Positions 55,101 through 64,000 of a DNA stretch of 64,000 bases are shown here, piece after piece; within the stretch, counting starts at the first letter, position 1, and every line of letters starts with the position of its first letter. The notes beneath the pieces were generated by a model that had not been told where the DNA came from, did not search any database, and saw only the letters and a program-made list of their open reading frames with translations. Position numbers and translations under genes: made by a program. This DNA comes from Adineta vaga (lineage: Eukaryota; Animalia; Rotifera), in the NCBI GenBank assembly GCA_021613535.1, contig CP075497.1, positions 9,114,001 through 9,178,000 of the forward strand, given 5' to 3'.

Positions 55101-58100
55101 AATATCAAACAAAGATCTGATATATTAATAACAGTAAGAAATACTTTCATTTATTCTATTTACATAGAAATCTTTTAACTTTATCAATCATCATCATCAT
55201 CGTTTGTTATTAAACATTCTTCTATTCTAGTATCGAAAAAATCCTCGAAAGGAGAAGGTAATCCGTAGAGATTCAATCGTTGCATGATTAGCTGAGATTA
55301 GAATTAAATAAATTCCATTATATCATTTATTTTCAGCTTATATACAAGATTTCTTAGATATCAACGTTTGTGCATGTTTATTGATTTGCTCTTGATTCTT
55401 TGAAAAATGCATGATGTGCTTTGATTCTAGCTTAGTTTTTAGTTTGGCTTTTTTTGCTTATCATAGAATATTTCATATCAGATAGGAAGATAAAAGAATT
55501 TCTATTTTCTATTTATTCCAGGACTAAACTTCATGTTTCTTTCTTTAGTTACTTCTACGTTATAATGAAGTCGATCGAACATTAGATAATTTGAATATCT
55601 TGATAAAATCAATTCGAACTCTTCAACAACAATCACCAGAAACGAATGAACTCGATCAATTTATTCTACAATGTCAAGTAAATAAAACCTTAGAAATCAG
55701 ATACGAAATGAATTGTATTCAATTTAGAACAAAGATCACGAACTTACACAACAACGATATGAATTACAACGTGTTCGACAAGCAATAACAGAAGTAATTT
55801 CCATTTTTTCAAGGTGATTTTTTTTCTTCATTAAAACCATTTCTTTCTTTTTTCTAGATGTCTCCTAAGTTGCATCCCGATGACACACGTCAATTAATGC
55901 AAAAATTGAAGTAATACGAAATGAATGAACGAGAACAACTCATTCAATTTTATTTTATTTTATTTTAGTCTTTTGGAAATTCAATGGACCGATGCGGAAC
56001 GTATTTTAATAACTTTAATTGATAGTATAACAAAGAAACGTTCCGAATTTCACGATTTTGAACATAAATGTAAACGACTTTTGGAATGGTTTGATAATTT
56101 TCTTAATCGTGAAATGAATTATCGTATTGATGGTTTAACACTCGAAGCAAGTCTTGATATATTAACTAATGAAATACGAAATCTAATTGCTGATAAACGA
56201 CGACATGTAAATGAGTTAACTGTTGCTGCACATATTTTACAAACGTATTCAACTGATCAAACACGATTGCAAACAGTTAAACAACAAATTGAACAATTAG
56301 AACAAATGTTAAATAAAACAGAAGAACATGTAGAAAAAAGGTTTGTTCCTTTCTTATTTTTTCTCAAACAAAACAATAATACAAAGCCATGGATTTTATT
56401 TAGAATAAAAAAAACAGAAGCAACATTAAAAATTCTTCATGATTTTGAACAGAATTTAGAAAAGCTTCGTACATGGATGGATATGACAGAAACAAACCTA
56501 CACAAATCATTTGCATCTACTACATTTAAAACTAATGAGTTACAGAATTATCAACAATCCATTGCTGTACGTAGACGGATATATTTTTACAACTAGAAGA
56601 GTATTGTCTTTTGTTTTAGACGATCGAAACTGATATTGAAAATCACAGTTCTGTTGTAAATAGTGTACTAGCACTTGGTCGAAATTTATTGAATGAAAGT
56701 GATATTCGTTCACGAAATATTGAATCAATACCGCGAACGATTCAATCAATTGAACAACGTTGGGAATTATTGAAAGATTTAATCAGAAAACGAAAACTTG
56801 AGTAGGAAAATCTTTGTTGTTTAGCAATTCGTTCTTTCATTTTGATGAATTTATAGATTGGAAACGATCGATGTATGTTGGAAAGATATTGATGATGGAA
56901 TAACACGTGTATCGAAAATGATAATGGATCATGAAAAATTCATTCTTGAACTTCGACAAACAAGTGGACAAGGTTTACAAGGAATTAAAAATGAATATAA
57001 AACTTTAGAGGTTTGATTCTGACTTTGATTATCTTGTTAAATAATTTGAATATTTGTCTAGAATTTTAAACGAACATTAGAAGATGACGAAAAAGATATT
57101 CAACAATTGAAAACTAATTATTCAGATATCATTCGAGAACATCCAACAGCAGATACATCTGAAGAATTTCGAATCAAACTTAAAGAACTCGAAACTCGTT
57201 GGGAATTATTAAATAATTGTGTACAAGAAACAATAAAAAACGTAAAGAAAGAAAATCTGTCTCTTTATTTTATTTCATTATTCATTTTTTTAGCTCAAAT
57301 ATATGTTAACTGTTCATGGTGATTTTCAATTAACTCAAGATACATTGACATTATGGTTAACTGATCTTGATGTAGTTTTAACAAATCTTGAACATTTATC
57401 TGAAGCATCATCGAATGAAAAGATTAGACAATTAGATGTTAGTTTCTGAGATATTTTGCTTTGAAAAACAAAACGGATTGTGTCTTTTTTTTGTTAGGAT
57501 ATGGAAAAAGAAATTCGAGAAAAACAAACAAAAATTGAACATGTTCGAACATGTGCTAATTATTTATTGAGTAAAACAGTTGATGCTAAAGGCTTAACAG
57601 TAAATATGAATGAATTAACAAAATTTTGTCAACAATTAAATGATTTAATAAAACGTATCAATAAACTTAAAAAGAAATTAATGAAACCTGCTGATGTAAG
57701 TCATCATGACATTGCGATATTAGGAAAGATATTTCCTTTTTTTTCTCTCGATCAATAGAATTCATTGGATTTAATTACATCAACTCATACTACAACAAAA
57801 CGTGCTGCTACATCATCACCACCACCACCATCATCATCATCACCAAGTAAGTTAAATTTTAGTTTCATGTTCTTAGAAAATATTTGGAATTCTTTTTCAA
57901 TAGGAACTCGTTCACCACAACGATACCTTCGTTCTCGTGATAGATTTTTGCATTCATATCATCAAATTGAATGGGGAGATCGATATCAACGTGCTCAAGA
58001 ATTATTCTCTGATTTTGAAGATATTCTTTTACAAATTAATGGAGATTTTCTTGCTAAAGAAGATACCATTCGATCGGAAATAGCGCAAGGCATTCATCTA

Positions 58101-59302
58101 GAGAATTTATCTTGTGAATTTACTTATGTAAGATTGAATAATTTGACAGAAGAACAAATATGGACTAATCATTTGGTTCTAGGCCCGAATATTAACATCT
58201 ACACGTCGAAAGATCGAAGCATTACGTGATATAATTAAACTAATTCAAACTGAATTAAGTCCTTTATTAGTTGATGATCTAAATAATGATCCCGTTGTAA
58301 TTGGTAAAACTAAAATTGAATCTATAATTGTTAATTGACTTATGATTTTTTAATAGATATTATAGATAAATGGAATCGTTTACAAACTTTAGCTCATGAG
58401 AAAGACGAACATTTGAAAGAAAATCGTAAACAATGGAAATCTTTTAAACGACAATTAGAAGATTTAGAATTAGCTATTCAAGAATTTACTTCTATGAATC
58501 ATTCAGGTAAATTTAATTTATCTAATGCTACCTGTTCAAACTTATCTTATATTATTAGTCCTACCTCAAACAGTTTATTCAAGAGCTGATATTCATCGTA
58601 ATCAAGTTCAACGATTAGGTTTGATATAGAATAAGACGATATTCTCTATTTCAATTTGATTATAAAAACTTTTGTAGATGAATTACAAACGTTATTACAA
58701 TCTGTTCGAAATGCAGCTAATCAATTTAATGATGAAACAAGTGACTGGTTACTTATTGAACATCGTCTTCAATCCATTAAAGAAAGTTGTGATCTTCTAT
58801 TTGTAAAATCAAATCGTGAACATCGAGAAATAAAAGTAAATCGTATATTCAAGATGACCTGATTTGTCAAAAGAAAATTCTCTCTCTTTATTAGACAACT
58901 CTTATTCGAGCTGAAGATATCAAACATGAAATGAAAGACATCAATTCACAATTAGATCATTTGGAATCTTTGTGTCAATCTTTAGAACCAGTGGATGAAA
59001 ATGATCTTCATACCAGTACGAATCGTACAAAATTACATCGTTTTATTCGTATTCATGATGATTTGGAAATTCTCAATGAACGTTTAATTGATACTAGTGA
59101 ACGTTCATTATCTCTTCTATCTGGTGATCATCTACGTATGAGAAACGATTTGAAACTTATCTCTGAACGTTTACATTCAATGAAACGAATTGTAAAAATT
59201 TATCTTGAACGTTTAGAAAAAATTCTAGCTAAAGTTGAGATTCAGGAAAGTTTTTCATTAGTAAATCTTCCAGCATTTCGATCTTCGAATAGCAATCTTC
59301 AT
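19101..59302 (+). CDS. SYNE1: Giant nesprin-1 / MSP-300-like protein (2 CH domains + very long spectrin-repeat rod; roughly 9-10 thousand aa and >100 exons by rough estimate); last exon uncertain (candidate stops 59376-59378 or near 59684)
   Basis: CH1 [18 protein letters not shown]...[21 protein letters not shown]...[29 protein letters not shown]; CH2 [23 protein letters not shown]...RLENAF...[29 protein letters not shown]. Dozens of Q/E/L-rich helical exons with spectrin-type W residues follow on one strand. The C-terminal segment [18 protein letters not shown] (exon ~57293-57437) resembles my recollection of nesprin-1 WLTEMDLQLTNIEHFSE. Confidence 0.87.
20468..20494 (+). other. Candidate 27-nt in-frame microexon in nesprin CH2 ([10 protein letters not shown])
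   Basis: tttag|TTATTCATCATCATCTGAATTACTTCG|gtaaac; phase 2/2 matches the flanking exons; splits a 146-nt intron into 49 + 70 nt. Confidence 0.55.
22690..22794 (+). ncRNA. Candidate intronic C/D box snoRNA
   Basis: ATGATGA 22694-22700, possible D' CCGA 22742-22745, CTGA 22787-22790, short terminal stem TTAA/TTGA, in long intron 22608-23050. Confidence 0.2.
35967..35984. promoter_or_regulatory. Perfect 18-bp palindrome TTTATGCATATGCATAAA containing the MORE POU-dimer consensus ATGCATATGCAT
   Basis: The palindrome is read directly from the sequence in nesprin intron 35797-36083; the regulatory role is inferred. Confidence 0.45.
40325..40454 (+). ncRNA. Candidate intronic H/ACA box snoRNA
   Basis: Hairpin (AGATT/AATCT, ACACG/CGTGT), ANANNA in an A-rich hinge, second hairpin (AAAGA/TCTTT, GAAGT/ACTTC), then ACA at 40449-40451, 15 nt after the upper stem; ~130 nt total. 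No target identified. Confidence 0.3.
45213..45228. repeat. (CA)n microsatellite in nesprin intron 44847-45340
   Basis: acacacacacacacat. Confidence 0.7.
55231..55257 (+). other. Candidate 27-nt cassette microexon (YRKNPRKEK) in nesprin
   Basis: ttctag|TATCGAAAAAATCCTCGAAAGGAGAAG|gtaatc; phase 0/0 like its neighbours; three downstream TGCATG. Confidence 0.7.
55281..55413 (+). promoter_or_regulatory. Cluster of three TGCATG (Rbfox) intronic splicing elements
   Basis: TGCATG at 55281, 55371 and 55408, downstream of the microexon. Confidence 0.65.
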
Positions 59303-60405
59303 GTAAAGAAAAAAATGAAATGAATACGATTTTTTTTTCTCCTATACATATAACTTTGTTTAGCATGTTTATCAATGATTATTTATTATATTGTTCTTTT
59401 TTTTTACGTCAATCAACAGTGAACACTAGATTGTTCGTTTTCTTTTTCCGTTCATTCTTATGCTTGATAAAACATTTTGCTAGCTGTAATAACGTTGAAT
59501 AATGTGAATTTGATTTCTTTCAAGCTTTTCTTTTTCTCTTGCATGTGTATGCTTCTTCTTTTTGTATACAAATATACCAGGGATATAAATCAATAGTCTT
59601 ACTTTGAATTAAATTGAATAGTAATATTCATCTTGATGAAAATGGACGTAGACTTTCATCATTTCCTCTATTCTCAGGAAACTGACATATGGCTGGTTTT
59701 AAATTGTCTAGAAAGTCAGAATTTAGTTTTTAAACATTCAGAATAGAATAAAATATACTGAGTGCTTCTTAAAAATAAATTAAATTTACAAAAAAAATAT
59801 GTCAAAAGAATTATTTTTCTCGAGGAAAAATCTTGTCATATGAACGATCGAATCCAAAAGTAATTCATATATTATTCATATTAAAGAAATAAACAAGTTT
59901 TCCACTTCATTTTTAAACCAATATAATAATGAAAATATTGTCTTCAAACTAAACCTACACATCTGATTGTTGTTGTTGTTGTTTTTTAGTAATCTTGAAA
60001 CTTTACATATCATATTTGACTAGTCTACGAGACTATATTCTCAATCAGTGAAACACATAAGTATTTTTCGATTTGTGTAAAAAGACAATTATATTTTATG
60101 ACTTTGTGATATTTGATGATAGCAACAAGTAATGAAGGTTAAGATGACAAATGTTTTTAACTTGTATATATATCTCGTTGTTGTACGTCAAACAATCTTG
60201 TTGGTTTTAATTTTCTTCTTTCTTTCGTTCTTTTAATATTTAATACTTAAATGCATAGAACGATGATTTTCTTTCCTTTTTCTCTTCTTTTGATTTTTTA
60301 CAAATTTCATTTCTTATATTTTACTGATACTCATTACATTACCATTTAAAAATAACATACGGACGCCTATAACAAGTAGGTTTTCATTTGTTGACAAACG
60401 AAACA

Positions 60406-61359
60406 ATGCCAAAAAAGAATCGAACAAATTTTGAATTGACTCCACGAGGTGAACTATCATTCATCATTGTATTTCATACTACATCATTGTTTTCTTTGTA
60501 GAATGCGATTTACTCTCAACAAATGCTAAACTTAGTGAAGAAGGTAAATCATACTTTGATTTAAAATGAACTTTTCTATTGTAAATCTTTATATTTTGAA
60601 AAATAGAAATACAACAGTGGCATGCGGTATATACTATTAGTTTATGTTCTTTCGAAATGTCGAATTTGTTTCATTTTAGGATTTTCTTCGTGAATATCCA
60701 TCTGGTCAATTGGACAAGAAAACATTCATTGATTATTATTCGAAAATGCATCCTCAAGAAGAAGGAAATATTGCGTAAGAAGAATTTTCTTGAGATAATT
60801 TCTTTCTTTTATATGACTATAATGTTTATAGAGAATTATTTGATCGAATTGATATTAATGAAGATGGTACAATCGATTTTAATGAACTTTTGGCATTGAT
60901 TGCTATTCGAAATCAATTAGGAAGTCTAGAAAAGAGACTTGCATTTGTATTTGATCTGTAAGTATTATTAATCATCTCTTACTCAGTTCCATTGTCATTG
61001 ATTTACAGATGGGATGATTCAGAAGATGGAAAAATTGACAAAAAGGAGTTGACTAATTTAATATCAGCAATGGTAAAGTTTTCATTAGAAATATTTTCTT
61101 ATCTTACCAAGTCTCTTCATTGGTATTTCAGTATGATCGTGCTGGTATTACAGAGCAAAAAGGCGATTGGGATCCAAAAAAACGTGCCAAAGAAATTATA
61201 GCGAAACTAGATATTACTGGTGATAAAAAATTAAATAAAGAAGAATTTATTATAGGGTATGGATTTTCCTACTAGATTAATTTTCATTCATCTTCTCTTT
61301 TTCTTAGATGTATGAATGATCCAGTTATTTGTAAGTTATTACTTCCTCGTTCGTCTTAA
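60406..61359 (+). CDS. Neuronal calcium sensor family (frequenin/NCS-1, hippocalcin, recoverin-like) EF-hand protein; 8 short exons
   Basis: Spliced: MPKKNRTNFELTPRECDLLSTNAKLSEEEIQQWHADFLREYPSGQLDKKTFIDYY...FDRIDINEDGTIDFNELL...GSLEKRLAFVFDLWDDSEDGKIDKKEL...KRAKEIIAKLDITGDKKLNKEEFIIGCMNDP...; stop TAA 61357-61359. Confidence 0.9.
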
Positions 61360-61860
61360 GAAATTTACTCTTCTTTTTTTCTAAACAAATAATAAATATT
61401 AATCATTTGAAATCTATTCATTCGTTTTGTGTAATGTAGAACAAATGTGTTAATTAATTTTGATTGGATAAATTTGCTAATTCTCATAAAATTAAGACAC
61501 AATGATTCAGTTTGAATTTTTAAGTTAAAACGAAGTTAAGAATATTTTTAATAAAGCTTTATTATATTCATTTTTGAAGTGTACTCGTGAAGATTTGTTC
61601 ATAAAGATAGTGAGCCTTCGATATTGCCTGCTCATCTGTTCACAGGACTATTCAGCGCAATATTATAGATATGCTATCGAAGAAAAGAGAAGTTTATTGC
61701 TTCAAAAAATCGTTTTATAGTCGAGATATAGACGAAACACAAGTTATAGAAAAAAGAAAGTTTCGTACAAATGTCTTTGACAAATCAAGAATTACAAAAT
61801 TTTGATTTCAGATAATAAGAACAGATTTACGATTTGATTACAGTCAATTTGTTCATTAGA

Positions 61861-64000
61861 TTAGTTGGTTTTTGGTGCGTTGGGAAGAAAATATTTCTAA
61901 AAATTTCAAATTATATTAAATAGAAAATATAAATAAGCATACTGGTGTATCCATATGAAAACGATGAGTATTGAAACGTCCATGGCCTCTATAGAATGAT
62001 CCAAATCTAAAAGAAAAGAAAAATATTTAAAAAATAATTAGCAGTTATAACTCTAATCTGAAATTTTTACTTTGAATTAAACAGAATTGATTGATCAGTG
62101 ACAAGTGATGGATCAGTAACTACAAGTGAATGATCATCAAATTTTTTCGTCGTTGGAAATCTAAATTTAGCCATTTGAATTTCTGTATCTGTCAAGCCAC
62201 CGTGTGTAATTCGCGCATAGCCAACACTAAAAATCATTCTCTTCTTCCCAACAATCATAATAAAATTCTGATTTACCGAATCAAATTTTTATATAGAATA
62301 TATTCACACCATCGATCGTGATCAGTTGAATCAATGTCATTTGCAGCTGAAGTTAACGTACGATAGTCTCGACTAAATGGTTCCGATGTTACATAACCAA
62401 GAAATACGAGTGGATTAGTACTATAAATAGAATAAAATTCTTCAGATATTTTCACTTTGGAAAAAAAACAAGAGTTAAACCTATTTTGCATAATTTCTCG
62501 TAATTTTTCTGCTTGCATTTTTCGATCTAAATCATCTCGATCATTGCCCATATGAACAATAAGTACATCAACTAATTTGCTTGCTGTTTGAATAGTAGCA
62601 AGTATAGCTGGCGCAAGTTCACCTATACTCATGAAATATATATCTTCATTTTTGTTTCCTTCAAGAAATTTACCTTCAGGTGACGGTAATAGATAATGAA
62701 CTGATCGTACAATTGGATATTTTGAAAGAATAATACATCTAAATGAAGATGTAAAGTTTCGAAGACTTATGCAAATCAATTTTACCCCCAAGTATGATCT
62801 TTTGTTGATGGACCAAAATCTGTGAACATATGTAATTTTTCTCCTAAATATGATGTTAAATCATTATTTCCAAAGAATGGTTTCGCTGTATCTGTTTCCA
62901 AGAGACCAATAACATCCGCATCTAAATCGACAGATTGTATAAGAAATATCAACATATCTTATTTACTAGTGTCCGCAAGAACAGATGCAGCACGATCCAA
63001 ACTTGGTCGAGCATCATTATCATAACCAAAGTGTACTGTCCAAATAGCGGCAGAGATATGTGTCGGCTATTTTGAAGAAAACAAAATTCATACATTAAGA
63101 TGTAAAAAAAAGGAAGAATGACGTACATCTTCTGCTAGACGTAATGATTTGGATGGTAAAGCAAGAAAACGTGAAAATGTACCAGCACAAGCAATTATAA
63201 ATGCAATACCAAATACTAAATTGTAGAAAATTGCTATTTTTTTCGTCATGAATAAAATTTCAATATTCTTACATGACCAAATTCGACGATTCGGTAAACT
63301 GATTGATGAAACATATCCACGTATATATGTTCCTAAATTAGGTTCTAAATACAGACTTATTAGAATTGATTGATAATAGATTTTAGAGAAGAATTTTACT
63401 TGCAGTATAAACACCAAAATAGATACCAAGAAAATTGAAAAATACAAGAACATGCGATGTTTCCCGTGTTAATGTTCCACCAAATGGAACAAAATTATAT
63501 GCACTTGTCCAAACAGCATAGAGAACTTGCAGGATATATACAAAAGCAGCAGTAAAAACGATACGTGAGGAAAGACCACGAGCTATCTTATCAAATATTA
63601 ATGGAGTAACTGATCCGATAAATAAACTCAAAGCAAATCCACCTATTCAATCAAATTCGACAAAAAAAAAGAAGTGACATAAATCAACAAAAAAAGTTGT
63701 CTTATTACCAGCAAATGAAATATTTCCACGACTGAAATATAATAAACCATAGCCAACAAATCCGATTGATGCCCACCATCGATTAGTAACAATACTAAGA
63801 CGATTGATTATCAAAACACCACAGAACAAACCGATCCAAATAAGAAGCCTGTTAGAAGAAAAAATAAAGTATTTCTTTTCATTTTTCATTAAAAGCTCTT
63901 GTCATTTACCCAAAAGGAATAGGTTCCGGTGCTTGTTCTGGAAAACCATTTGAAGCCCATCGACTAACTACCGAAAGATCACCAAATACCCAATGAAGAT
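61861..64000 (-). CDS. CWH43: PGAP2-interacting protein / CWH43 (GPI lipid remodelling; TM region + endonuclease/exonuclease/phosphatase-fold domain); 5' end outside window
   Basis: [115 protein letters not shown]; stop (TAA on - strand) 61861-61863. Confidence 0.92.

Noticed and set aside
21900-59302. Dozens of separate small coiled-coil genes
   Set aside because: Same strand, bounded by GT/AG, and in frame at the junctions I checked; best explained as exons of one spectrin-repeat gene.
61580-61720. GC-richer patch as the missing KASH exon
   Set aside because: Frames are short (e.g. EPSILPAHLFTGLFSAIL*), with no TM + PPPX terminus.
1-64000. Transposons, CRISPR arrays, rRNA/tRNA, prokaryotic operons
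   Set aside because: No transposase or RT ORF, terminal repeats, spaced direct repeats or recognisable structural RNA genes were seen; all long ORFs belong to spliced host genes.

Overview
Very AT-rich, gene-dense eukaryotic (metazoan) DNA with many ~50-65 nt GT-AG introns. The style suggests a bdelloid rotifer or similarly compact invertebrate genome (inference only). The ORF track shows exon fragments, so I spliced the genes by hand at their ends and selected exons. Seven protein-coding genes: (1) 3' part of bifunctional P5CS/ALDH18A1 (+, <1-2782); (2) a convergent aminergic-like class A GPCR (-, 2806-4576) lacking Asp3.32, whose stop lies only 23 nt from the P5CS stop; (3) HEATR1/UTP10 (+, 7412-17391); (4) a ZnT1/SLC30A1 zinc exporter (-, 13470-15003) nested in a HEATR1 intron; (5) a ~40 kb giant nesprin-1/MSP-300-like gene (+, 19101 to ~59.3-59.7 kb) with tandem CH domains and a long spectrin-repeat rod but no visible KASH domain; (6) a non-myristoylated neuronal calcium sensor (+, 60406-61359); (7) 3' part of CWH43/PGAP2IP (-, 61861->64000). 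The most interesting signals sit in the few long introns of the nesprin gene: candidate microexons (one with three downstream TGCATG/Rbfox sites), a possible skippable 16-kb exon block, alternative termini, recurrent stem-loops including snoRNA-like folds, and a perfect MORE (POU dimer) palindrome. I saw no transposons, CRISPR arrays, rRNA or tRNA genes.
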